Source of the DNA: Longimicrobiales bacterium
GTDB taxonomy: Bacteria; Gemmatimonadota; Gemmatimonadetes; Longimicrobiales; Gaopeijiaceae
Direction: 5' to 3'
DNA: 64,000 bases
NCBI GenBank assembly: GCA_965238005.1
Contig: OZ250165.1
Location: forward strand, 1,760,001 to 1,824,000
Part shown: positions 20,821 to 30,849 of the stretch, piece by piece
How the letters are laid out: each line of letters begins with the position of its first letter
Position numbering within the stretch: position 1 is the first letter of the stretch
Position numbers and translations under genes: made by a program
Notes under the pieces: generated by a model
Databases searched by the model: none
What the model was told of the DNA's origin: nothing
The model's input: only the letters and a program-made list of their open reading frames with translations

Positions 20821-21002
20821 CTAGGCGAGGCTGGATGAGTGGTTGGATTTAATGGTCCGTGATCATTCCCAAGGGGTGGTCATCGTCTAAGTGGGTTGCA
20901 GCCTCACACTCCTTGGACGCATGTTGCCCGGCGGTCCAGCATACTGGAGTTGACCCGCTTTGGTGGACACCTCAGTAGTGAGGGAGACAGGAGGAGTCCA
21001 CG

Positions 21003-21317
21003 ATGCCAAGAACACATGCGCCGTACCCGCCGGAGTTTCGGCGGCAGATGGTCGAGTTGGTCAGGTCGGGCCGCTCCGTGGAGGAGCTGGCCCGGGAGTT
21101 CGAGCCCTCAAACGGGGCGATACGGAACTGGGTCAAACAAGCTGACTTGGATGAAGGCCGTCGCAGTGACGGGCTGACGACGGAGGAGCGTGGGGAACTC
21201 AGGCAGCTTCGGCGTGACAACAAGCGTCTGCGCATGGAGCAGGAGATTCTAAAAAAAGCCGCCGCCTGGTTTGCTCGGGAGAGCAACTCGATCCCGGAAC
21301 GGGGTTCGAGTTCATGA
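21003..21317 (+). CDS. IS3 transposase OrfA
   Basis: YPPEFRRQMVELV HTH and EILKKAAAWFA. Confidence 0.9.
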   Translation: MPRTHAPYPPEFRRQMVELVRSGRSVEELAREFEPSNGAIRNWVKQADLDEGRRSDGLTTEERGELRQLRRDNKRLRMEQEILKKAAAWFARESNSIPERGSSS

Positions 21318-22165
21318 AGACGAATCAGGCCGACTTCCCTGTGCGGGCGATGTGCCGTGTGCTGGATCTCTCCCCCAGCGGCTACTACGCCTGGTTGGAT
21401 CGCGAGCCTTCGGCTCGGGCGAAGCGAGATGAGGAGCTCACAGAGCGGATCGAGACGGTCTGGCGCGAGAACCGAAGGGTCTATGGCCGGCCCCGCATCT
21501 ACGCGGACCTCAAGGAAGCTGGCGAGCGGGTCGGTGAGAAGCGGGTGGGCCGGCTCATGAAGCAGGCCGAGATTGTGGGAGCTAGCCGGAGGCGGCGCGG
21601 CCCGAAGACGACCAAGCGCAACGAGGACGCCCGTCCCGCGCCGGATCTCATCGAGCGGGACTTCAGCGCAGACGGGCCAGACCAGTTGTGGGTGGCCGAC
21701 ATCACCTACATCCCGACCTGGGCGGGGTTCTTGTACCTCGCGGTTGTGCTCGACGTCTGGAGCAGGCGGGTGGTCGGGTGGTCGATGGCTACGCACCTGC
21801 GCACCGAGCTCGTCCTGGACGCGCTGAACATGGCGACCTGGCAGCGCCGGCCCGAATGCGTCATCCATCACAGTGATCAGGGAACCCAGTACACCTCGAT
21901 CGCCTTCGGCCTACGCTGCAACGATGTCGGTGTGCGGCCCTCGATGGGCTCCGTGGGTGACGCCTACGACAACGCGATGTGCGAGAGCTTCTTCGCGACG
22001 CTCGAGTGCGAGCTACTCGACCGGCAGCGCTTCCGGACCCAGGCCGAGGCGAAGATGGCCGTGTTCGACTTCATCGAGGGCTTCTACAACCCCCGGAGGC
22101 GACACTCGGCACTGGGTCAGCTGTCGCCCATCAACTTCGAGCGTCGCCACGGAGCGGCAGCATGA
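21314..22165 (+). CDS. IS3 transposase OrfB (rve DDE)
   Basis: WVADITYI, HHSDQGTQY, DNAMCESFF. Confidence 0.93.
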   Translation: MKTNQADFPVRAMCRVLDLSPSGYYAWLDREPSARAKRDEELTERIETVWRENRRVYGRPRIYADLKEAGERVGEKRVGRLMKQAEIVGASRRRRGPKTTKRNEDARPAPDLIERDFSADGPDQLWVADITYIPTWAGFLYLAVVLDVWSRRVVGWSMATHLRTELVLDALNMATWQRRPECVIHHSDQGTQYTSIAFGLRCNDVGVRPSMGSVGDAYDNAMCESFFATLECELLDRQRFRTQAEAKMAVFDFIEGFYNPRRRHSALGQLSPINFERRHGAAA

Positions 22166-22376
22166 GAAACCTGCGTGGCCAAGTTGCCCTTTACTCCCCC
22201 GCTGCGCGGGGGAAGCTTTCCTCTCCCCAGCGAGGGGGACAGACTATAAACCTCAGTGTTCACCCGTCCACTGAAACGGGACAGCTCCATTCAGGCCCTG
22301 CCCTTGTACTGGCCGCAATCTCCACAGAAGTCATTCATTTAGACAGCTTCAGGATAGGTAGTATCTCCGACTGCAT

Positions 22377-23594
22377 TTATTTACCTTCTTTAAATTTAGC
22401 AGCTTCCTCAGATCCACCGGTTGCGTCACCCTCGCTATAAGAATGTGCTCCAGCTCCTGCAAGCTTTCCGCCTTCTACGATCAGATACTCATCTCGTATC
22501 GGTTTATCATCAAACCAACATTCTAATATTTCCCTAACGCCTGCTGCATATCGAGCTTGAGCTGCGAGTGAAGTTCCAGATGTGTGTGGCGTCATTCCAT
22601 GGTTTGGCATTGTTCTCCATGGATGGTCTTTTGGTGCCGGCTGCGGAAACCAAACATCTCCTGCATAACCAGCCAATTGACCAGTCTCAAGTGCTTTTGC
22701 GACTGCATTGCGGTCACAAATTTTTCCACGAGCCGTATTAACAAGATAAGCTCCATGCTTCATCTTACTAATCATCTCTTCATCAAAAAGATGTTCCGTC
22801 TCAGGATGAAGCGGACAGTTAATCGTAACAACGTCACAGACTTTAACCATCGACTCAACGCTATCATGAACAGTTAAGTCAAGTTCTCTTTCCACGTTCT
22901 CCGGAAGTCTGTGTCGATCGAAATAATGTAGATGTACATCGAAAGGTTTCATGCGTTTTAGCACTGCCAAACCAATCCGACCTGCTGCAACAGTACCTAC
23001 ATGCATTCCTTCAACATCATAAGATCTAGATACACAATCAGAAATATTCCATCCACCCTTGATAACCCAGTTGTATGATGGAATATAATTGCGAACGAGG
23101 CCCAAGATCATCATTACAACATGCTCGGACACACTGATACTGTTGCAATAAGTAACCTCAGTTACAGTAATATCGTTATCGATTGCTGCTTGTAGATCCA
23201 CATGGTCTGAACCGACACCTGCCGTAATGGCCAGTCTTAACTTTGGCGACTTGGCAACTCTTTCTGCAGTTATATAGGCTGGCCAAAACGGCTGTGAAAT
23301 AACAATGTCGGCATCAACAAGTTCTTTCTCTAACACAGAATCTGGGCCATCTTTATCATATGTAACAACAAATGTATGACCGAGATCTTCTACGAACTTT
23401 CGCAGACCTAGTTCACCGGAAACACATCCAAGAAGGTCTCCAGGATTGAAATCTATTGCGTTTGGTGATGGCATTGTTTGTCCATCAGGATAATTAGATA
23501 ACTTGGGAATACCAGGACGGGCGTATTTTGGTGGATATCCATCTACAGGATCATCATATAAGACGCACACAATCTTTAGTTTTTCTTTGACCAT
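22377..23594 (-). CDS. fdh: NAD-dependent formate dehydrogenase (metal-independent)
   Basis: KIVCVLYDDPVDGYP, SQPFWPAY, AAGRIG...YFDRHRL, GYAGDVWFPQPAP, MTPHTSGTSL; markedly AT-rich. Confidence 0.95.
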   Translation of the reverse strand: MVKEKLKIVCVLYDDPVDGYPPKYARPGIPKLSNYPDGQTMPSPNAIDFNPGDLLGCVSGELGLRKFVEDLGHTFVVTYDKDGPDSVLEKELVDADIVISQPFWPAYITAERVAKSPKLRLAITAGVGSDHVDLQAAIDNDITVTEVTYCNSISVSEHVVMMILGLVRNYIPSYNWVIKGGWNISDCVSRSYDVEGMHVGTVAAGRIGLAVLKRMKPFDVHLHYFDRHRLPENVERELDLTVHDSVESMVKVCDVVTINCPLHPETEHLFDEEMISKMKHGAYLVNTARGKICDRNAVAKALETGQLAGYAGDVWFPQPAPKDHPWRTMPNHGMTPHTSGTSLAAQARYAAGVREILECWFDDKPIRDEYLIVEGGKLAGAGAHSYSEGDATGGSEEAAKFKEGK

Positions 23595-23943
23595 TTTTTG
23601 CACCTGTTTATCTAGTTGTGCAGTAGGGATAGGAAAAACAAAGGCCCATTGCCGGATCGGGATAACGTGAGGGCCAGGACCAAGCTGGTCAAGAGGAGGT
23701 CTTGACGAGCGTGCTCACCGCGTCGGTGATCTTCGCGCTGGGGCTGCCGTTGGTGTTGCTCTAGACTCGCAGATCAGCAAGCCGATAACGGCCCTCTAAG
23801 CCACGAGGACGCTCCAGCCTACCCCGAATACCAATAAGGCCCGAAGACGCATAGACGGCGATTCTGGGCGTCAGACGAGGTCTTGCTTGCGCCTACCGGA
23901 CCGCTTTCGGATGTTGACCTCGGTCTGATCCCGGAGTGCGCCC

Positions 23944-24315
23944 GTGTCCGATCCAGTCGCCCGCCTGAACGCCGCCCTAGAAGGCCGCTACGCCATCGAG
24001 CGTGAACTCGGTGAAGGCGGGATGGCCACGGTCTATCTCGCTGATGACCTCCGGCACGAACGCAAGGTCGCCCTGAAGGTTCTGAAGCCTGAATTGGCGG
24101 CTGTGGTCGGAGCCGAGCGTTTCCTCTCCGAGATCAAGACCACCGCAAACCTGCAGCACCCGAATATCCTGCCGCTTTTCGACTCGGGCGAGGCGGAGTC
24201 ATTCCTGTTCTATGTCATGCCGTTTGTGGACGGCGAAACCCTCCGCGACCGGATCGACCGGGAGAAGCAGCTTCCGGTGGACGAGGCGGTCAGAGTCGCG
24301 ACCGAGGTGGCAGGC
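23944..24315 (+). pseudogene. Truncated Ser/Thr kinase N-lobe
   Basis: GRYAIERELGEGGMATVYLA...VALKVLKPEL; similarity ends before HRD. Confidence 0.85.
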
Positions 24316-24563
24316 AATGCGAGAACGTATTCCTGCAAGTGCAGGACGGCGTCGTGGATGCGTCCGTGTTTCTGAGCTACGGGTACGGTGAAGACCGAGT
24401 CTACAGAGGTGCAGCGTTCAGGACCTTGTGGCAGGCGCGACGAGACATGTTCAACCCCGATTTCGTAGCCGCCTTCGAGGCTGAGTACGAGCTCGCGCCG
24501 TAGCTCGACACCGCCGAGTGCTGGGTGAAGAGCCGTGAACGTTCAGTGACCTTTTGAATCCCA

Positions 24564-24989
24564 TCAGCTCCGATTCATCACGATCCGCAAGGTCGCGGAC
24601 ACCGAAGACCCACTGCCGAAGTCGAACTGCTGGTTCGCGTTCGTCAGGATCAGCACACTACCGTTACGCACGGCGTCGAAGGCCACGCCCCCGAGCGTCA
24701 GCGTTGTTCCGGCCGAGTTCAATGAGCCGGAGTCGGAGCTGCTGCCGCCGAGCCCGTCGTTGAACAGGGTGCTCGCACTACCGCTCGCGTCGACGGTGAG
24801 TGTGAAGCTTGCACCGTCGCGCTGAATGACGTCGACGACGTTCTGAGAGTTCGCATTGTCTGTGAACTCGTAGACGGAAGCCACCCACGTGCCTTCCAAG
24901 TCCACGGCCTCGATACCAGTCCCGTTGTCACCGCACCCGACGGCTGCGAAGGTCAACGCGATAATCGGCGGCAGACGATTGAGCTTCAT
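24564..24989 (-). CDS. Putative lipoprotein (lipocalin-like beta fold)
   Basis: MKLNRLPPIIALTFAAVGC lipobox; LEGTW motif. Confidence 0.7.
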   Translation of the reverse strand: MKLNRLPPIIALTFAAVGCGDNGTGIEAVDLEGTWVASVYEFTDNANSQNVVDVIQRDGASFTLTVDASGSASTLFNDGLGGSSSDSGSLNSAGTTLTLGGVAFDAVRNGSVLILTNANQQFDFGSGSSVSATLRIVMNRS

Positions 24990-25147
24990 GTCAGACATCT
25001 CTGATCGGGAAAAAAGGTGATTGGTCCGACAAGGGAGCAAACCCCGTGCCGAGCCGTGAGATCCGCGACAGGTCTTCGTCCTCGCGCGCGTCAGGCCGTC
25101 CCGTGGACGGGCCCATCACTCTGAACAGTACCATTTTCCGGTCCTAG

Positions 25148-26749
25148 GAGTCTGCGCCGCAGAACCCTGCGGCGGCTATCTTTGGTGGTAGCGAAGGCAT
25201 TGGGAAGGCTTGCGGATCACCGAGGGGGGTGAATGGGAACGACATTTCGACCGTACGATCCGGAGCAGATGTTGTTGCTGCCTCCGGATCTTCGGGAGTG
25301 GGTGTCGGAGGGTCATTTGGCGCACCATGTGAGCGACCTGGTGGACGCGGTGGAGCTGAGCGCGTTCTACGGGCGGTACCGGGGGGACGGGCGGCGCAAC
25401 TCGCCGTACGACCCTCGGATGATGGTCAAGGTGCTGATCTACGCGTATGCGACGGGCACCTTCTCGTCGCGGAAGATGGCGAGGAAGCTGGAGGAGGATG
25501 TCGCGTTTCGGATGCTGGCGGCGGAGAACTTCCCGAAGCACCGGACGCTGTGCGAGTTCCGCAAGCGCCATCTCGGGGATTTCCGGGCGGTGTTTGTGGA
25601 GGTGGTGATGCTCGCGCGGGCCTTGGGGCTGGCGGGGCTTGGCAGGGTGTCGGTGGACGGGACGAAGGTTCGGGCGAACGCGAACAAGCGCAAGGCGATG
25701 AGCTACGGCCGGATGGTGACCGGGGAGCCTCGGCTGGAGGCGGAGATCCGGGGGCTGTTGGAGAGGGCCGAGGCGGTGGACGAAGCGGAAGACGAGCGCT
25801 ACGGCGAGGAAGCATGCGGAGACGAGGTGCCGGAGGAGCTCAAGCGGCGCGAGGACCGGCTGGCGGCGATCCGGGAGGCGAAGGCGCGCCTGGAAGCCGA
25901 GCAGAGAGCGGCGGACGACGCACGGGGCCGCAAGCCGGGGCAGACGCGCAACCCGAAGGGCGGCAGGCCCTACAAGCGGGAGTACGGAGAGCCGGACGAG
26001 GCGGCGCAGAGCAACTTCACGGACCCTGAGAGCCGGATCATGAAGACGAGTTCGGAGGGGTTCCAGCAGTGCTACAACGCACAGACGGTCGTGGAGGGGG
26101 AGAACCAGCTGGTGGTCGGGGCCGAGGTGACGGACAACGCGAGCGACCAGGGCCAGCTGGTGCCCATGGTCGACGCGGTGGCGCAAGCGTACGGCGAGAC
26201 GCCGGCGCAGGTGCTGGCGGACACGGGCTATTGCAACGAGCGGGATCTCGAGGAACTGGAAGAGCGAGACATCGACGGGTATGTGGCGCTGGCCCGGGAG
26301 GGCAAGGCCGCCCCCACGGTTGACAAGGAGGAATATCCGGCGAAAGTCCGCATGGCGGAGAAGCTGGCGAGCGAAGATGGCCGCAGACGCTACGCACGGC
26401 GAAAGTCGCAGGCCGAGGCGCCCATCGGCTGGATCAAGGAAGTGATGGGCTTTCGACGATTCAGCTTCCGGGGCCTCGAGAAGGTCCGGGCCGAGTGGAC
26501 CCTCGTGTGCCTGGCACTCAATGTGAAGCGGCTGCACACCCTTCAGGCGGCATGACTGCACGAGGGTTCACCCGCATCTGCCGGCGCGAGGGCTCTCGTA
26601 GCTCTCTTGCCCCCCCCAACGCATCCATTCCGCTCTCCCGATCCGTCGCAGACACAAGTCCTCAACCTCCCAATCACCCGGATCCGCCTCGCCGCGGACG
26701 GCTCGATGACCATTCGGCTCAGTCAGCTGTGCTTCTGCGGCGCAGACTC
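25148..26749 (+). mobile_element. IS1182-family element, copy 2 (inverted relative to copy 1)
   Basis: Same IRs, 1602 bp, CTAG at 25144-25147 and 26750-26753. Confidence 0.95.
25233..26555 (+). CDS. IS1182 family transposase
   Basis: Protein identical to 19413-20735. Confidence 0.93.
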   Translation: MGTTFRPYDPEQMLLLPPDLREWVSEGHLAHHVSDLVDAVELSAFYGRYRGDGRRNSPYDPRMMVKVLIYAYATGTFSSRKMARKLEEDVAFRMLAAENFPKHRTLCEFRKRHLGDFRAVFVEVVMLARALGLAGLGRVSVDGTKVRANANKRKAMSYGRMVTGEPRLEAEIRGLLERAEAVDEAEDERYGEEACGDEVPEELKRREDRLAAIREAKARLEAEQRAADDARGRKPGQTRNPKGGRPYKREYGEPDEAAQSNFTDPESRIMKTSSEGFQQCYNAQTVVEGENQLVVGAEVTDNASDQGQLVPMVDAVAQAYGETPAQVLADTGYCNERDLEELEERDIDGYVALAREGKAAPTVDKEEYPAKVRMAEKLASEDGRRRYARRKSQAEAPIGWIKEVMGFRRFSFRGLEKVRAEWTLVCLALNVKRLHTLQAA

Positions 26750-27451
26750 CTAGGACTCCTTTACGACCTCGATCGAGCCTGTGATGGCAGCCTCGATCCC
26801 CGACTGGTCGGCAGGATCATTGGGATCGAGCGTACCGCCGCCGGACCCGACGAACCACTGGCTCAGGTCGAAGTCCAGAGACACGAGAGTGACGAGTATA
26901 TCATCCTCCGTGACGCTGAGTGGCGTGGCGAACGCCAACTCCATATCGATGTCGAGCGGAGCCGTGAACTCGAAAGCTTCTGGCGTGCCATTCCGAACGA
27001 CCTCGCCGGTGACCAAGACGCTGGCATCTGCCAACGAAGGCCAGAGGTCGATCAGGGCCTGCTCTTCGGGGTGGCCGATCTCAAGCTTGTCGATCGAGAC
27101 TTCGAGTTCCTTGTAGATGCCGGACGGTACGTCCGTATCGAACGCCAACGTCGGCTCCCCTGCCAGATCCAAGGGGATGACCACGGACCTCTCGAAGATC
27201 CAGTCCACGGTCTGATCGAGCCCTGCGGTCTCCAGTTTGAGGCCACCCAGGACGAGGACGGCTTCACCGATCTCGATCGACGTAATGCCAGGTGCCAGCA
27301 TCGGACCGCTTGCGGTGGCGGGTGCCGATGTTTGTGAGACCCGGACCTGGACTTGGAGCTGATGCTGGCCGGTTGGGCCAACAGAATCTGAGCATCCGCC
27401 GATGAGGGCGGACCCAAGCACGACGTAGGCTGACGGTCGGCGCAGTCTCAT
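26750..27451 (-). CDS. Putative lipoprotein
   Basis: MRLRRPSAYVVLGSALIGGC lipobox; acidic beta-rich body; TAG stop coincides with the IS target CTAG. Confidence 0.7.
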   Translation of the reverse strand: MRLRRPSAYVVLGSALIGGCSDSVGPTGQHQLQVQVRVSQTSAPATASGPMLAPGITSIEIGEAVLVLGGLKLETAGLDQTVDWIFERSVVIPLDLAGEPTLAFDTDVPSGIYKELEVSIDKLEIGHPEEQALIDLWPSLADASVLVTGEVVRNGTPEAFEFTAPLDIDMELAFATPLSVTEDDILVTLVSLDFDLSQWFVGSGGGTLDPNDPADQSGIEAAITGSIEVVKES

Positions 27452-27818
27452 TGAGTTCTCGCGACTAAGGGATTGGCTTCGTTTCAAGCATATGGCGCAA
27501 GTCTCATGCCGGCCTCGGCTATCCTCCTCCGCGTCACCGACGTAGAGCATCAACCCTTCCGCTCGATGGGTTCGTCAGCGTGATCATCTGTCTGGGATCT
27601 TGCGAAGCGAAGGGAAGAAGAAATGTTCAGTCATAAGATGCATTTTTCCACTTCTTGCGCTGCTGAGCATGGGTGGCCCTCGAGCTCGTCAGCATGACGG
27701 GACCGGATGCCGCCCGAAAGTCTGCTAATCGCGTCTTCGACCTGGGTCGCGTCAGTCTCTTCCAGCCATCGCCCAACCTCAGCATCACCCATAGCTTGAG
27801 CATATGGGTATAGCTTCC

Positions 27819-28090
27819 TCAGTGGGGGTACGCATCCACCGGATGAAACGAGCTTTCACCGAGCGTTTCGTGGAGCGATGAGGCTGTGAACTTCGACGAT
27901 ATGGGACGCGTTTGGCGCGAAGAGGGAACTGGAGCGTTTCTGCGGGGGCGGATCGAGGATCTCTCGACCGTGCGCGAGCGGGCGACTGAGGTAGCCGCGA
28001 AGGTCCGGCGGCGCGCTCTGCGGGAAACGGTTGCCGCCATCGCCATGATCCCGTTCTTCATCTACGCCGCCATCACGGCTCCTCGACGAC
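27819..28090 (+). pseudogene. Junction fragment of an ECF sigma factor 3' end and the 5' part of its downstream membrane partner
   Basis: SVGVRIHRMKRAF...* followed by MNFDDMGRVWREE...RETVAAIAMIPFF, then loss of coding character. Confidence 0.5.
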
Positions 28091-28367
28091 TGGAGATCCG
28101 TGTTAAAGCGGGAGGTCGACCCACACACGCGTGTAGTCGAAATACCGATTCTCCGTGTATGGATCTCCGGTTTTCTTGGGTTGATTCTCCTCGGGATGAT
28201 GTTTCTCATCGGCATGCCCAGATGAGTTGTGGGGCCGCTTGCGGCCTGTGGGTGGCGAAAACCTCGTCTGCTGCGAAATTACTGGCCTTTCACGGTTCGC
28301 AGGTGGGAACGAATTTCGCAACGGAGGGATAAAGAAACGCCCAACCCGCAAGAGCACGGAGTCGAGA

Positions 28368-28751
28368 ATGAGACACACTCGAAGAAAGTTTCTCGCGACC
28401 ATCTTGACCGTTCTCGCCACCAGCGCGTTGTCGTGCGGCGGCGGCGGCGACGAGGGCTCCGACGGCCTCACCCCACCGACCGATGTGGACTGCCTTTCCA
28501 ACGGAGCTACGGCGGACATTGGGGGATTTGGACCAACGAGCCACGCGCTGTCGGTCTCCCCAGAAGACGTGCGGGCAGGCGTGGCCAAGACCTACGAAGT
28601 CTTTAGCCCGAGCAACCACCCACACAACGTGACGCTCACGGCCGACCACTTCGCCTCGCTCCAGGCCAATCAGTCCGTAACGGTCCCCGTCAGCATCTTC
28701 CAGGGCCGATTTAGTGACCACACTCACAACGCAGTGGTCAGCTGCCTCTGA
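28368..28751 (+). CDS. Tat-type lipoprotein with His-x-His motifs, copy 1
   Basis: MRHTRRKFL twin-arginine motif, ALSC lipobox, NHPH and DHTH, two further Cys. Confidence 0.75.
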   Translation: MRHTRRKFLATILTVLATSALSCGGGGDEGSDGLTPPTDVDCLSNGATADIGGFGPTSHALSVSPEDVRAGVAKTYEVFSPSNHPHNVTLTADHFASLQANQSVTVPVSIFQGRFSDHTHNAVVSCL

Positions 28752-28875
28752 CGAGTGGAGCTAATCACCTTGCTGCGCGTGCCAGCGCCTGGTCCATGCC
28801 CGACGCCAGCGTCTCGGAGTCTCGTCGAAGAGCTGTGAAGCGTTCCGCAGGTTTGTTCTCGACGAATGCCCGGCC

Positions 28876-29130
28876 ATGGAGACGATGCAATGCATCTGTG
28901 AGGGCTCGAAACACTTCGGAGGAACGACGGGCGAGAGTGTTACCATGACGCGGGAACACGGTGGAGCCTTCTCCTCCGGCTTCACCAAGGGCTTCGACAT
29001 CTCGCGGCTGGAAGTCGAGAGAAGCGACGGGTCCACAGTGTTCTTTGACGTCGAACTCGATACCGTCCTTCAGTTCTGGGAGGACTTCTTCGAGAAGTCC
29101 CTTGAGCCGCGAGGTGACCTGACCGTCTAG
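28876..29130 (+). CDS. Hypothetical protein, probably an N-terminally truncated fragment
   Basis: 84-aa ORF ending FWEDFF; the copy at 37608 is frameshifted by a 1-bp insertion. Confidence 0.4.
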   Translation: METMQCICEGSKHFGGTTGESVTMTREHGGAFSSGFTKGFDISRLEVERSDGSTVFFDVELDTVLQFWEDFFEKSLEPRGDLTV

Positions 29131-29368
29131 CGAGCCCCAGTAGCCGCACAACCTAACCGCACATATCAGGATTTTCCCACTAGCGCGGATATGCTGTGCG
29201 TGGCCGGCGGGTGAGGGTGGCGTAGCCCTCGGCTCGGAGGTTGCCATCTCAAGCTGCTCATGGGCATGGTGATCGGGTAGAGAAACGCGGAGACGTTAGG
29301 TGGAAGCTTCGAGGCGTCATGCCCGGAGTGCGCAGGTCGTCGCAGGCGTGTGAGGTGGAGGGGCCCTA

Positions 29369-30033
29369 TTGGCTGTATCAGACTTCATAGTCCAGTTGTC
29401 TCAATGGACGGTGAGCTTAGGTGTAGGCGTAGGCGTAGGCGCTGTCGCGTGGCTTACGCGCTCGCTGTTCCGCCAGTTACTCGACAAAGATCTTGAGTCC
29501 TACAAGGCCGAGCTACAGCGATCCTCCATCGAGCACGCGACACGATTTCACCGGCTCCATGAGCGTCGTGTCGAAGCAATCGACGGACTCTATCGGGGCC
29601 TCGTTCGGGCGCAGAACGCCTTCATGAATTTGAGCGGCGGCATCATCGGCGATGGGGGGGATACGATGAGCGACTGGAGAAGGCAGGCGCAGCCGGGCAA
29701 GAGCTTCTCGAATTTTTCAGCGAGAACAGGCTCTACTTCGACGAGCCCATCGTTCAGGGATTTGGAGCCATCGACAGAGTTCTCCACGACGCTTGGTATA
29801 CCTTCGCGTTAGAACGCCGGGATAAGTCCGATTATCCTATTCCTCAAGACGAGCGAGAGAGATACGTCAAGGTCTGGCGAGACGCTCGCGACGGTGTGAA
29901 CAAGAGGGTCCCGGAGCTACTGGATCAACTGGAGACCGAGATGCGGCTGATTCTTGGAGCTTCAGCTCGACGGCTATTCCCCGACGGAGTCGAAGGTCCC
30001 CGGCATGTGTTGACTAGACCACCGGACGAGTAG
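29369..30033 (+). pseudogene. Membrane-anchored hypothetical protein, frameshifted near 29690
   Basis: TM segment then RFHRLHERRVEAIDGLY; a plausible continuation ELLEFFSENRLYFDE... lies in another frame. Confidence 0.55.
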
Positions 30034-30058
30034 GCTTCACGGTCCGAGCCTTCTAGAA

Positions 30059-30708
30059 ATGGAGGGATTCGTGCTCAACTCTCAGGAAAAAAACCTTCTG
30101 TCGGAGATCGCCTCAGCAGGGGGCATCTCCTTCGTTGATTCGGACTGGGAGCTTCTCAATGGAATCGGACTCGTCCGAGCCATTCCCGAGACACGGAAGC
30201 AGGGTGGAACGAGATCAACCACGGCCTCGGGCGAGGCGTGGTCCAGCTATCAGCCAAAGGGTATGCCTTCGTTCCTGTCAATCGGATTGAGGAGCAATTC
30301 GGCAACACCCTTAGGGGTAATTATCCAGAAGCGAACGAGACGTTTCTACGGTTTGCGACGACGTATTGGACCCTTGAGTGCTGGGTCGCGGACAATGTCG
30401 AGAGTGACTTGGAGACCGAACCCATGGGCAAGGTCTGTTTGGCGGCTATTGAAGACAACCTGGGTTCGATTTTCTTTCCGACTCCTGGCCCGGTGAAGAT
30501 TGACCCAGACCAGCGGGAAGATGCTCAGCGACGTTTGATGACCAAGTTTGACGCGCCTATCGATATCGAAGACTTCATGCGTGGCAATCCCATCCTCATT
30601 CGTGATCGCCAGCGTGAGGCTGGAGGCGGAGGCGGAGGCTGTGCAGTTGCACTCATGACACTTCCAGCAGCGCTCATTCAGTCGGGGCTAGGCAGATTTG
30701 GCGCGTAA
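30059..30708 (+). pseudogene. Hypothetical protein, probably one frameshifted gene, with C-terminal GGGGGGC + hydrophobic tail
   Basis: Overlapping ORFs 30059-30496 and 30238-30708. Confidence 0.4.
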
Positions 30709-30849
30709 GATTTCCATGAAAAAGGATCAGAGCAATGCATCTTACCCGAGAAGAGAATCCAGACGAGATCCGAAGGTTTGAGTACATCAAACCAGCACCT
30801 GTATTTGGCGCACCGCGATCAGTATTCGATAGCCTTCGCAGCAACCCCA

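Larger units (their letters stand above)
20945..22289 (+). mobile_element. IS3-family element
   Basis: TG...CA ends with imperfect IR (TGGAGTTGACCCGCTTTGGTGGAC / TGGAGCTGTCCCGTTTCAGTGGAC); orfA/orfB with A7G slippery site at 21251-21258; no target duplication visible. Confidence 0.93.
28298..29186 (+). repeat. ~890-bp direct repeat, copy 1 (copy 2 at 37025-37921)
   Basis: Near-identical sequence with scattered substitutions and small indels. Confidence 0.95.

Noticed and set aside
26556..26749. Guide or bridge RNA in the 3' non-coding end of IS1182
   Set aside because: Small hairpins exist, but the transposase is a DDE IS1182 type with terminal IRs and a fixed CTAG target; nothing supports RNA guidance.
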